DNA of 64,000 nucleotides, taken from Chiloscyllium plagiosum (Eukaryota). The DNA is taken from contig NC_057718.1 in NCBI RefSeq assembly GCF_004010195.1, positions 73,430,234-73,494,233 of the forward strand, given 5' to 3'. A program made the position numbers and the translations under genes. A model generated the notes under the pieces. The model was not told where the DNA came from, did no database searches, and saw only the letters and a program-made list of their open reading frames with translations. Shown here piece by piece: positions 50,234 to 63,439 of this stretch (positions within the stretch are counted from its first letter, which is position 1; the number at the start of each line of letters is the position of its first letter).

Positions 50234-52450
50234 GAACTCAATAAGGCTTGTGAAGCATGACCTCCCTTCACAAAGCCATGCTGACTATCTCTAATCAATC
50301 TATAGTTTTCCAAGTAATCATAAATCCTGTTTCACAGAATTCTCTCCCAATAATTTGCCCACCACAGACATAAGACTGACTGGTCTGTAATTCCCAGCAT
50401 TACCCCTATCCCTTTCTTGATCAAGGGAATAAAATTTGACACCCTCCAGTCATCTGGAACTACTCCAGTGGACAGTGAGGATGTAAAGATCATCACCAAA
50501 GGCACAGCAATCTCTTCCTGTAGTAACCTAGGGTATATCCTGTCTGGCCCAGGGAATGTATCTATCCTTATATTTTTTCCAAAATTTTCAGCATATTCTC
50601 CCTCTTAAAATCAACCTGTTCAAGCATATCAATCTGTTTCACACTGTCCTTACAAACGTCAAGGTCTCTCTTAGTAGTGAATACTGAAGCAAAGTATTCA
50701 TTCAGGACCTCCCCTATCTCCTCCAATCCCTGCGCTATCCCTGATCAGCCCTATCTTCACTCTGGCCATCCTCTTGTTCCTCATATAAGTGTAGAACGCC
50801 TTCAGGTTTTTCCTACCCACTAAAGCTTTTTCATGCCCCGCTTCTAGCTCTCCTAAGTCAATTATTCAGTTCTTTCCTGGCTCCCTTGTAACCCCCCAGA
50901 ACCCTGTCTGATCCTTGCCTCCTCAACCTTAAGTGAGCTTTCTTCTTCCTCTTGACTAGATGTTCCACACCCCTTGTCACCTAAGGTTCCTTCACCCTAC
51001 CATCCCTTCCTTGTCTCAGTGGGACAAACCTGTCCAGCACTATCAGCAAGTGCTCCCTAAACAACCTCCACATTTCTGTTGTGCATTTTCCTGAGAACGT
51101 CTGTTCCCCATTTAGGTATCCCAGTCCCTGCCTCATCACATTATAATTCCCCTCCCCCAATTAAACACCTTTCCACACCATCTGCTCTATATGGATATAG
51201 TAAAGGCCAGGGAGTTGTGATCACTATCACCGAAATGCTCTCCCACCGAGAGATCTGACAGCTGGCCTGGTTCATTGCCAAGCACTATGTCCAGTATGGT
51301 CTCCCCTCTAGTCAGCCTGTCGACATATTCAGTTAAGAATTCCAGGACACACTTGACAAAAACTGCTCCATCCAAACTATTTGAACTGAGCAGGTTCTAA
51401 TCAAAATTAGGGAAGTTACTTCTTTATCTTTCCAAAATTTGCCTCCCAATCTGCTCCTCTGTGTCTCTGTTGCTATTGGGGAATCTATAGAAAACTCCCA
51501 ATAAAGTGACTGCTCCTTTCCTGTTTCTGACTTTCACCCATATTGACTCAGTAGACTTTTCTGCATCTGTGATACTATCCCTGATTAGCAATGCACTTCT
51601 TCACCTCTTTTACCTCCCCACCCCACCCCCACAATTCCTTTTGAAAGATCTAAACCCTGGAACATCCAACAACTATTTCTACCTCCATGATATCTAAGTC
51701 TCTGTAATAAGCACAACATCATATTTCCAAGTAATGATCCATGCTCAAAGTTCATCACCCTTATTCCTGATACTTCTTGCGTTAAAATAGACAAACTTTC
51801 TGAATGCTGTATCTGGCTGTTCACTAGCTCCTCCATCCTTAGATCCTTAGCTCCGGTTCCCACCCCCCTGCCAAACTTATTAAACCCTGACAAATCTCCC
51901 GTCCAGGATAATGATGCCCCTTGAGTTCAGGTGCAACCTGTCCTTCTTGCACACGTCCCACTTTCCCCAGAAGGTATCCCAATGATCCACATATCTGAAA
52001 ACTTCCCTTCTACATGAACCCAGAAGCCATGTGTTCATCTGCAATTGCTCTCCTGTTCCTATCCTCACTAGCCTGTTGCACCAGAAGCAATCCTAAGATT
52101 ACTAATCTGCTTTTTCTGCCTTTTAGCTTCCAACCTAACTCCCTATATTCTCTTTTCAGGTCCTCATCCCTTTTCCTAGCTACGTTATTGGTACCGATGT
52201 GTACCAAACATTGTAAAAATTTCACAATACTTTTGTATTTTTGCACTTGAGTACACATGGCAATAAAGGATATTCTATTCTATTTGAATTAAGGTAACTT
52301 GTGGTGATTTACCCATTACACTGGGTCAGTTTCCTTTTTTTAAATTCAAGCACACTTGGTGTCAGTTGGTCTCAAAGAAGTATTAAATTTCACCTCATCA
52401 AAATTACATGCTGTTGTGTAACCAGTGATAGAACAGCACACAATCCACTT

Positions 52451-52757
52451 GGGGTGGCACGGTAGCTCAGTGGTTTGCACTGCTGCCTCACAGCACCAGG
52501 GTCCCAAGTTTGATTTCAGCCTCGGGTGACTGTCTGTGTGGAGCTTGTACATTCTGCATGTATTTCCTCTGAGTGTACTGGTTTCCTCCCACAGTCCAAA
52601 GATGTGCAGTTTAGGTGAATTGGCCATGCTAAATTGCCCATAGTGATAGGTGCATTAGTCAGAGGGAAATGGGTCTGGGTGGGTTACTCTTCGGAGGATC
52701 GGAGTGGATTGGTTGGGCTGAAGGGCCTGTTCCCAAACTGTAGGGAATCTAATCTAA
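52451..52757 (+). mobile_element. HE1/V-SINE, second subfamily
   Basis: Full length. Confidence 0.9.
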
Positions 52758-53349
52758 TTTATACTTTGAGTTATTAAAAATAAACCGATTCTTTCTCTGC
52801 AATACAGTTGTCCACGCACCCATCTCCAACTTAGATTTCAAATAAAACATATGTAGCCTTTGTATGCTTCCACCCTTGAAAAGATGAAATGAAAATTTAA
52901 AATATATTTCATCATAAGGTAAACACAACATGTATCAAAAAAACATTATTTTAATTTCCCTCACTCATTCTTTATCGAGGTTTTGTGCAATTTCTAGTTC
53001 TCAAATTTCTAACGTACCACAGCATCATTACATTCTTGACAGTGCATCTATATTTAAATTAAGCTTTATGAAAAAAAATGAACAAGTATAGTATCATGAG
53101 GTTGAATTAACAAATGCAATTGAAATATTCTTGCATTTTGAGTTTAATTTTCTCCAGAAATGCCGAGGGGTCATGATCAGTGTACGTCAGTGCTTCTTTG
53201 TGATTGACAAAGATTGAAATTTCAAAATGAATAAGGGCCAGTAACAATCAGAGAATCTCTTTTTCTTCTGATATTGTTTTAAATTCTTAGAAAAGTGCCC
53301 TACTCACTTTACAATTTTCAATTCATTATCTTGCAAAATGACTGGGCAC

Positions 53350-56300
53350 CAACTCCACAGAATTGTTGCAGCGTAGAAGGAGGCTACTCAGCCCAGCGTG
53401 CTTGCAGCAGTTATATTACCTAATGCCAACTCCTGCCTATTCCCCGTATCCCTTCAAATGTTCTATTCAAAAAAATCATTGTTTACTGCCTGAATAGAAT
53501 CTGCTTCCATCACATTTAAAGGCAATGCATTCCGGACCTTAACGAATCGCTGTTTGAAAAGCTCTTTTTCTCACGTCACCCTTGCCTCATTTGCACATCA
53601 TGTTCAACATATACCCTCTTATTCCTTTTTCCTTTAAAAGCAGGAACAGCTTCTCACCATCTACTCTGCTTAGCCTGTTCATGATTCTGAAAACTTACAT
53701 CAAATCTCTTCTCAGTCTTTATCTCTCCAGGGAGAACAGCCCCAAAATCTTCAATCTAGCCTCATAACTTAAGTTTCTCATCTCTGGAACCATTCTTGTA
53801 AATCACTTCTGTACTCTATCCAGTGCATTCACATCTCTTCTATAACATGATGCCCATAATTGTACGCATTACTCAGTTGATGTCTAACAAATGCTTTGTG
53901 TAAGTTCGATATCACATTCTTGCTCTTATACTCTATGCCACTATTAATAAAGCTGAGAACACTGCTTACCTTATTAACAGCTTTCTCCAACTGTGATTCT
54001 ACCTTCAGGGATCTATGCACACATTCACCCAGGTCCCACTTTTCCCGCATCCCCTTTAGAATTGTATTCCACATCTTATTTTGTCTTGCAAGCTTCTTCA
54101 TACAAAAGTGCATCACCTCATACTTCTCTGCATTCAACGTCACCTACCATTCCACCAATTTGCCAATGTCCTTTTGAAGTTTCATACTGTCCTCCTCACA
54201 GTTCATAATTCTTCTAAGTTTCATGTCATCTGCACACCAAGATGCACATCATTAATATATATCGAGGAAAGCAAGGATATCAAAACCAACACTGGGCAAC
54301 TCCACTACAAATTTTCCTCTAGCCTGAAAAATATCCATTGATTATTATTCTCTGTCTCCTATCACTCAGCTAATTTTGTATTCATGTTTTATATCATGAC
54401 CTATAATTTTCTTTACACATATCAACTAACACACTGCTAGTCATCAACTGTCACTTGGATAAAGACACATTTATTACCATGCTGTTTCTTTTCTGTCAAC
54501 CAATTCTCAATCCATGCAAATATATTACCACCAATCCTATATGACTTAATTTTTCCCATTTGCCTTTCTTGCATGGGATCTTATCAAAAGCCTTCTGAAA
54601 ATACCACATTTGCCCTTTTTTATTCTACTAGTTACACCCTCAAAAAAAACTCCAGATGAGTTAAGCATTATTTCCCTTTTATACAGCCATATTGACTTTG
54701 TCTAGTTCTTCTAATGCTCGAAAAGTGTTCTGTTTTCACGTCTTTTATAGTAAACTCGAGCTTTTACCCCACTGGTTATTTTAGGCTAATTGTTTGTAAT
54801 GATATTTCTCTCTCTCATTTTTCAAATTGTGGGATTATATTTTACAGTCTCCAATCATCAGGAGCTGATGAGCATCTATAGAATTTTAGAAAATGGTCAT
54901 CAATACATCCAATATTTCCAGGGCCATTTTCTTTAATACTCTGAGATAAGAAACCATGTTCTGAAGATTTGTCAGCCTTTAACCACCTTATTTTCTCTAG
55001 CAGCTTTTTTTTTCAATGAATACTGATTTTCTTCATTACTTCCCCCTCACTAGACGCTTGGTTCCTAATATTTCTGAAAAATTATTTGTCTCTTTTGAGA
55101 AGATCGATCCAAAACATACATTCAATTTTTCTATCATTTTTTTTGTTTTTCATTTCTGTGGGAAAGGACTTATATTTGTCTTAAGACTACAAAAAAAGGA
55201 GGACTGTATTCAGCCCCTTGAGCACAATCAGCCATTCAATAGGATCATGACTGATCCAACTCTCTGCATATCAACTTTTTTTTATTTTCCCGTAACCTTT
55301 GATTCCCTTAATAATCAAAGATCTATCTATCTCAACCTTAAATATACACACGAACTCTGCCCTACCACTCTCTGTGGCAACAAGTTCCAAAAACTCACAA
55401 CCCTTTCAGAGAAGAAATTCCTCCTCAGCTCAGTCTTAAATTGGCAGCCCTTTATCCTGAGACAAAGCCCTTTGACCGTAGGCACTTCTATTAGGGAACC
55501 ACCCTCTTAGCATTTGTCCTGTCAAGACCTTTAAGAATCCTAAATGTTTCAGTGAGATCACCTGTCATTCTTTTTTGAGTAAAATCCCAACCTGTTTGGC
55601 CATTGTTCATAAGACAGTCCCTCCATATTGAGGATCATCCTAGTGAACCTTCTCTGAACTGCTACCAATGAAATGATATCTTTCCCTAAATTAGGGGACT
55701 AAAACTGCCCACAATACTACAGATGAGGTCTCACCATCACCTTGTGCATTTGCAGTCAGACTTCCCTACTTTAATATTCCAAATCCCTGGAAACAAGGCT
55801 CAACATTCCATTAGCCTTCCTGATTATCAATTGCACCAATGTGCTAGCTATCTGTGTTTCATGCACAAGTACCCCCCCCAGGACACTTTGTATAGCAGCT
55901 TTTTGTAATTTTTCTCCATTTAAGCAATACTCTGCCCTTTTGTTCTCCCTTCCAAAGTGAACAACTTCATGTTTTCCCATGTTGTATTCCATTTGCCAGT
56001 TTTTTGCCCACTTAATCTATCAGTATCTATCTGTAAGCTGTTTGTATCCATCTTGCAATATCCCTTTCCACATATTTTTGTGTCATCTACAAATTTAATT
56101 ACAGTACATTTGCTTATTTCCTCCAAACCATTAGCATATATTGTAAACAGTTTCAATCTCAGCTCTGCTCCCTGTGGAACCCCACTGGTGACAATTTAGC
56201 AACCTGAAAAAGAATCCCTAATCCCTACTTGCTGTTTCCTTTCATGTCTATTAGCCGATTTTCTATGCCAATATGCAATCTCCAGCACTGTGTGCTCTTA

Positions 56301-58830
56301 CCTTTTGATTTCATCTTATTGAACATCTTCTGGAAGTCCACAACTGGTTCCCCTCTATCCACTCTGGTTGAGGCTTCCTCAAAAAACTCTAATAAATTAG
56401 CCAGGCATGATCTCCCTTTCATGAGGCCACGATGACTCTAACTTGATAATATTATGGTTTTTCAAATATTCTGCTATTACTTCTCAATAATTGATTCCAA
56501 AACTTTTGCAGAATAAATGTTTGGCTAATCAGTATATAGTTACTCTCCTTTTGGCCATCTCCCTTTTGGAATAACATTCCCACTGTGTTTTTTAGTTTTT
56601 AAATTGGCAAAATATTTCTCCAATTTACCTTTAATTTTATAATGGTCAAATTAGCAGTTATTATCAAACAATAAATTCTATGCTTTCTTCTGATGTTTTT
56701 CTTTGTTTTGTGCTGAATCCCCAATCCTGGGCTTCAATTTATCCTGTTTAAAGACCTTGAAAATTATGAACCAAAGAAAATCAAAAAGCACCTCTTTCCC
56801 ATTTACCAAATTCCCAAACTGCTCTGAAATCCCAGAAATATATACACTCTCAGACTATGCCTCACTACAAATATGATGGCTCGTGACTGACCATGAGAAA
56901 CTGACTTATCTTCAATAATCTTTTTCTCTTTGCTTATCAATAGAACCTTTTCCAGCCAGGTTTTTTTTTTGTTAGTTTTACTCTCCTATTCTTTTCCCCT
57001 TTCTTGAACAATCTTTTTGCTCTCTTTTGTTGAACTCTAAATTACTGTCAGTCCTCAGGCTTGTTACTTTTTCTGAAGATTTTGTATGTCTCCTCTTTGG
57101 ATCCCTAATACTATCCCTAATTTCTTTTGTAAGCAATACTTGAACCATCTTTCCCAATTTATTTTTGCACTAGATAAGAATTATTGTTATAATTCATTCA
57201 AGCGTTTCTTAAATATTAGCCATTGCCTATCTAATCCTAATCTTTTTGGGAAAGTTCCCCAATTCATCATTGCCAACTCACGTTTCATACTTTTGTAGAT
57301 CCCTTGATTTAGATGCAGAACCTGATTTTTGGATTCAACTTCACTCCCTAACTTAATGAAAAATTCTGTAACTTTATGGTCACTTTTCCCCATAGACTCC
57401 GCACAAGAAGATTGTTAATTCATCCTTTATCATTGCACAAAACCAAGTCTGAGACATGTTGCTGTTTAGTTGGTTTCTCAACATATTAGTGAAAAATAAA
57501 CAATACATATACATTGCAGGAAACACCCTTCCACAGTATTACCACGAGTTTGATTTGTTCAATCTATATATAGTTTAAAGTCACCCATGATTACAGCGTA
57601 CCCTTATTGTATGCATGTCTAATCTCTTGTTACATATTTTTCCTTACATCTCCACTATTGTTTGGGGCCTACAGACAATCCCAACCAATGTTTTCTGCTT
57701 CTTATCTCTACCAATACAAATTCTACATCATGATTTTTCTGAGTCAATATCCTTCCTGAGTATTGCATTGAATGACCCTTTACTAATAATGCTGCCCATC
57801 TCCTTTTATTATTCCTTCCCTTTTAAATATTGAAAACCCCTGAATGTTCAGTTCCCATCCTTGATAACCCTGCAGTCATGGTTCCATAATTGCAATTATA
57901 CCATACTTAGGTCTATCTATTTGCACTGTTAATTCATGTAGCTTACTTTGAATATTCTGCACACCAAGCTAAAATGCTCATATGCTTGTCTTTTTAGCCT
58001 TATAGTCACCTTAGCTTTATTTTGTGCAATGGCGCCATTTGTTTCTTGTCTGCTTTTTTGCTTTCTACTTGTACATTTTTTATTTTTGTGTACATTCTTG
58101 TTTCATCCTTCTATGCCTCCCTGCTCAGGTCCCCATCCTCCTGCCACTCTACTTTAAACCCTCCCAACAATGTTACCAAACAGACCCCGAGGACATTGGT
58201 CATGGTTATGCCCAGATGCAACCAGTCCTATTTGTATTGGTCCCATCTTTCCCAAAATAGCTCCAATGTGCCAGGACCCTGCATCCCTTCCACCTACACC
58301 ATTTCTTCAGCTACATATTCATCTAATACATACTACTATTTTGATGTTGGCTAGCACATAGTGCTGGTAGTAATCTTGAGATTAAAAATAGGACTTCAAA
58401 AGCACTAAATAAATATCCTGACTATCTATACTCAACTTGTTGATCCTCATTTTTTTTTAGCCTTTGTCACCTAACCAATTTGCACTGCTATCACTGCCTA
58501 TTCACCCTCCCCTTTAATGCCCTGCAGCATCTCTGAGACATCATTGACACTGGCACTGGGAGGCAACATACCATCTTACTGTCTGTCTTGTGGCCACAGA
58601 AATGCTTGCCAGAAATGCTATCCCCTCACTATTGAATTCCCTATTACTTTAGCCTTGTGATTCCTCTTCCCTCCTTCTCATGCAGCAGAGCAATCTTTGG
58701 GGCATGGATCTAGCTCCTCCTCTTTCTCCCTGACATGTTGTCTTCCCTAACATTATCCATGATGGTATATCTATTTGCCAGACTGCTGAGCTTATATCTG
58801 ATCTGTGCAGTCGCCTATCCTTGTTTGTCA
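53350..58830 (-). mobile_element. Stack of nested decayed CR1 LINEs (younger copy at ~55185-56570)
   Basis: KYEVMHF, KFVDDTKI, GRSCLANLLEFFEE, MGKSDHK motifs. Confidence 0.85.
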
Positions 58831-58908
58831 CCTACTGATTATGCTGTTTAGCATGCAAGTAATCCTGTTGTGTAGGTTCGTCAGGTAAACACCTTATTTA
58901 TAGGTAGG

Positions 58909-59122
58909 AGAAAGTGAGGTCTGCAGATGCTGGAGATCAGAGCTGGAAATGTGTTGCTGGAAAAGCGCAGCAGGTCAGGCAGCATCCAGGGAACAGGAGA
59001 ATCGACGTTTCGGGCATAAGCCCATCTTCAGGGCTGAAGAAGGGCTTATGCCCGAAACGTCGATTCTCCTGTTCCCTGGATGCTGCCTGACCTGCTGCGC
59101 TTTTCCAGCAACACATTTCCAG
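58909..59122. mobile_element. Palindromic mini PLE (family A)
   Basis: 91-bp arms 58941-59031 and 59034-59124; 16-bp TSD at 58893-58908 and 59123-59138. Confidence 0.93.
59001..59064. ncRNA. Two back-to-back hammerhead cores (59001-59031 minus, 59034-59064 plus)
   Basis: CTGAAGA..GGGCttatGCCC-GAAACGTC on both strands. Confidence 0.72.
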
Positions 59123-59138
59123 CTTATTTATAGGTAGG

Positions 59139-59930
59139 CCAGGTGCTGTTCTTGGTAAGCCCTCCTGCACTTTTCATTGAGCCAGGGTTGATCCCATGGC
59201 TTGAAGATATTGGTAGGGCAGGGGATATATTATGTCATGAGGTTTCAGGTTGTGTTTGAGTTAGATTCTATGACTATTGAATGCACAGTGCCTCATGAAT
59301 GCCTAGTCTTGAGTTACTGGATTTGTTGGAGGTCTATCCCATTTAGCACAATGGTAGTATCACATAACATGATAGAAAGTATTCCTCAATGTGAAACTGT
59401 GACTTCATCACGACAAGGATTATGTGGTGGTATCATTCATTGATACTGCAATAGACAGATGCATCTATGGCAGATAAATTCATCAGACTAAGGTCAAGTA
59501 TTTTTTTCCTTCATGTTGGTTCCCAGACCACCAGCTACAGAATTAGTCTAGCAGCTATGTCCTTTTGGACTCAGCCATTTTGGTCAGTACTAGTGGTGTT
59601 AAACATTGAAATCACCCATTCAGAATATATTCTGTGCCCTTGCCCCCTCAGTGCTTCCTCTAAGTGATGTTCAACATGAAGACGTATGATTCATCAGGTG
59701 AGGAGATGGGTGATTCAGCAGGAAGCTTCCTTGCCCATTTTTCAACTGATACTGTCAGACATCATACAGTCAGAAGTCAATGCTGAGGACTCCCAGTGCA
59801 ACTCCCACTGACTGGATACAATGCACTGCCACCTCCGGTTGGTCTGACTTGCAAGAATGAAAGGACATGCTCATTGATTGTATTGGTGCTGCCTGGGATG
59901 TTGTATGGAGCATATAATTCTGTGAGTATG
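59139..59930 (-). mobile_element. Decayed LINE endonuclease region, probably the second CR1/L2-like family
   Basis: Antisense LWVISMF (GDFN-like) segment; low similarity. Confidence 0.5.
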
Positions 59931-59931
59931 A

Positions 59932-60078
59932 CATTTGGATAAGTAAATGACTAAGAGAGGGTTAGAGGGATATGGACCAAATGCAGGCAAATGGGATTAG
60001 TTCAGTTTAGGATATCTGGTTAGCACAACAGGTTGACCGAAAGATCTGTTTCTATGCTGTATGTATCTATGACTCTAT
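59932..60078 (+). mobile_element. CR1 3' tail
   Basis: Matches 35090-35250. Confidence 0.8.
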
Positions 60079-60194
60079 CTGACTGCATCCCTACTGGTAG
60101 TCAGGAAAGAGTAAAGAACTGATTTACTCTTTCCATCACAGCTTTAACTGAAACTATCCTCAAGGGAATAGCTTCTGGAAATCAGATTGCAATT

Positions 60195-60520
60195 TTTAAA
60201 AAATCACAAGTTGTAGGTGTTGCCGGTTAGACCAGCATTTTTTGCCAATCCTTATCATACAGAGTTCAGTTTATAGTCAATCACATTTCTGTGTGCTTTA
60301 AAAAATATGTAGGTCACCAGGTATGTTTGGTAGATTTTCTTCCCTTAAGGACATTGGTGATCAGTTGGGGTTTTACAATAATTGTCAGGAGTTATATGGT
60401 CCCTTTTAAGGTAGCTCTTCACTTTTCCTCAATTCAAATTCCAAAATTTACCGAAGTATGATTTGAACTCATGCCCCCAGAACAATGGTCAGGTTTTGTG
60501 ATCCATATTATACATTCATA
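60195..60520 (-). mobile_element. Old tRNA-derived SINE of a non-HE1 family
   Basis: Antisense B-box GAGTTCAAATC near 60460-60471; 3' end shared with 7095-7240. Confidence 0.55.
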
Positions 60521-60574
60521 TCCACAACTGTAAGGTTATACTGGTGTCCTGCTTTTCTGTTCAACAATGTAATA

Positions 60575-62562
60575 CAGTCATAAATCTTAGAGATGTATAG
60601 CATGGAAACAGACCCTTCTGTCCAACTTGTCCATACTGACCAGATATCCCAACCCAATCTAGTCCCACCTACCAACACCTGGTCGATGTCTCTCCAAACC
60701 CTTCCTATTCATATACCCATCCAGATGCATTTTAAATGTTGCAATTGTACTAGTCTCTATCACTTCCTCCGGCAGCTCATTCCATACACGTACATCTGTG
60801 TGAAAAAGTTGCCCCTTAGGTCTCTTTTATATCTTTCCCCTCTAACCCTAAACCTATGCCCTCTAGTTCTGGACTCCCCACTCCAGGAAAGAGACTTTGT
60901 TGATTGATCCTATCCATGCCCTTCATAATTTTATAAACCTCTATAAGGTCACCCCTCATCCTCCAACACTCCAGGGAAAACAGCCCCAGCCTATTCAACC
61001 TCTGCCTATAGCTCAAATCCTGCAACCCTGGCGACATCCTTGCAAATCTTTTCCGAACCCTTTCACGTTTCACTACATCGTTCTGATAGGAAGGAGACCA
61101 GAATTGCTCGCAATATTCCAAAAGTGGCCTAACCAATGTCCTGTACAGCCACAACATGACCTCCCAACTCCTGTACTCAATACTCTGACCAATAAAGGAA
61201 AGCGTACCAAACACCTTCTTCACTATCCTATCTACCTGCGACTCCACTTTCAAGGAGCTATGAACCTGCACTCCAAGGTCTCTTTGTTCAGCAACACTCC
61301 CTAGGACCTTACCATTAAGTGTATAAGTCTGCTAAGATTTGCTTTCCCAAAATGCAGCACCTCGCATTTATCTAAATTAAACTCCATCTGCCACTTCTCA
61401 GTCCATTGGCCCATCTGATCAAGATCCTGTAATCTGAGGTAACCTTCTTCGCTGCCCACTATACCTCCAATTTTGGTGTCATCTGCAAACTTACTAACTG
61501 TACCTCTTATGCTCACATCCAAATCATTTACATAAATGATGAAAAGTAGTGGACCCAGCACCGAACCTTGTAGCACTCCACTGGTCACAGGCCTTCAGTC
61601 TGAAAAACAACCCTCTGTCTTCTACCTTTGAGTCAGTTCTGTACCCAAATGGCTAGTTCTCCGTGTATTCCATGAGATCTAACCAGTCTCCCATGGGGAT
61701 CCTTGTCGAACGCCTTACTGAAGTCCACATAGATCACATCTACACCACTCTGCCCTCATCAATCCTCTTTGTTACTTCTTCAAAAAACTCAGTCAAGTTT
61801 GTGAGACATGATTTCCCATGCACAAAGCCATGATGACTATCCCTAATCAGTCCTTGCCTTTCCAAATACATGTACATTCTGTCCCTCAGGATTTCCTCCA
61901 AAAACTTGCCCACCACCGACGTCAGGCTCCCTGGTCTATAGTTTCCTGGCTTATCCTTTCCTTCCTTCTTAAATAGTGGCACCACATTAGCCAACCTCTA
62001 GTCTTCTGGCACTTCAACTTTGACTACAATAAATATTGCTGTAAGAGGCCCAACAATCACTTCCCTAGCTTCCCACAGAGTTCTAGGGTACATCTGATCA
62101 GGTTCTGAGGATTTATCCACTTTTATGTCTTTCAAGAAATCCAGCACTTCCTCCTGTGTAACATTGACATTTTTCAAGATGTCACAAGTTATTTCCCTAC
62201 ATTCTATATCTTCCATGTCCTTTTCCATAGTAAACACTGATGCAAAATACTCTTTTAGTATTTCCCTCATCTCCTGTGGCTCCACGCAAAGGTTGCCTCG
62301 CTGATCTTTGAGAGGCCCTATTCTCTCCCTAGTTACCCTTTTGTCCTTAACATATTTGTAAAAACCCTTTGGATTCTCTGAACTCTGTTTGCCAAAGCTA
62401 TCTCAAGTCCCCTTTTTGCCCTCCTGGTTTCCCTCTTAAGTATACTCCTACTGCCTCCATACTCTTCTAAGGATTCACTTGATCCAGCTTGTCTATACCT
62501 GACATATGCTTTCTTCTTTTTCTTAACCAAACCCTCAATTTCTTTTGTCATCTAGCATTCCC
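60575..62562 (-). mobile_element. Young 5'-truncated CR1 LINE, ~2 kb, frameshifted
   Basis: GVLQGSVLGP, KFADDTKIG, LVRPLLEYC. Confidence 0.95.
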
Positions 62563-63439
62563 TAGCAACACTCTACTGACTGGTTCTTAACACTGGCATT
62601 GGCATTAAAAATACTGGATTGATTGTGTATTGTCATTTACTCACTACCTGACATGTAGGTACAACATCATATCTAACATGGCCTGGGAGAGTTATTTCAT
62701 CTAATCACACACTTCTCAGCTCATTATCTATGCAAGTGAGATGTTGCACAATTTGCTCAGCAAATTCCATAGTGAGTGAACCAGAAGTTATCATCAATGA
62801 CGAGACCTTCTAGGTTTGAAAGCTCTGGCACCATATTTAAAAACCAGTACATCAGATGTTGAAAGTCAAAATCTGCCACAGTGTTTTGGTTGCTCCAACA
62901 ATAGAAGAGATATCATCAAAAGTGTCTTTGTGAATCCTTTCTTCAAACGTTGCTGGACAGGATCACAGGAAAACAGGTACATCCTCCTCCCGGTGAATAG
63001 AATCAGGAGGAATCGCTCACATCTATCTGACCTCACTGTAGATAGCAGCACAGATTGGAGCAATTGAACCCCACAAAAAGGATGGCAAATTCTGCCAGAG
63101 AACAGTAAATGATCTCCTGCAATTCACATGAGTAAATGGCATCATCTTTACCCTGCTATCTTTCACTCACAGGACTACTACTACTCTCACTCTAATTCTG
63201 TCATTGCCAATGTAGCTCACAGCCTCATAGCTTCCAAGCCTCAGGATTAAGTGTATGATGTGCGCTTAAGAGTCACACCCACTTCATCCTTTCAAACAAC
63301 TAACCCTTCTGCCCACTGCACTTCCAACTTACTCACTGGGAATATATTATTGCCTTGCAAGATTATGCTTGCTCATTAACTGCTGCTGCTGCACTCATTT
63401 TTATTGAGCTCAGTCCCTTTTTATCTCCTTGCAGAATAA

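Larger units (their letters stand above)
48893..52206 (-). mobile_element. CR1 LINE, ~3.3 kb (ORF1 end to 3' end, with deletions)
   Basis: VHIGTNNVARK (ORF1), HFGDSDHNS, KWQMEFN, WNALP. Confidence 0.93.

Noticed and set aside
62816..63067. 83-aa ORF containing RRNRSHL
   Set aside because: Only a short motif recalls a Gypsy integrase C-terminus; no support as a host exon or confident TE call
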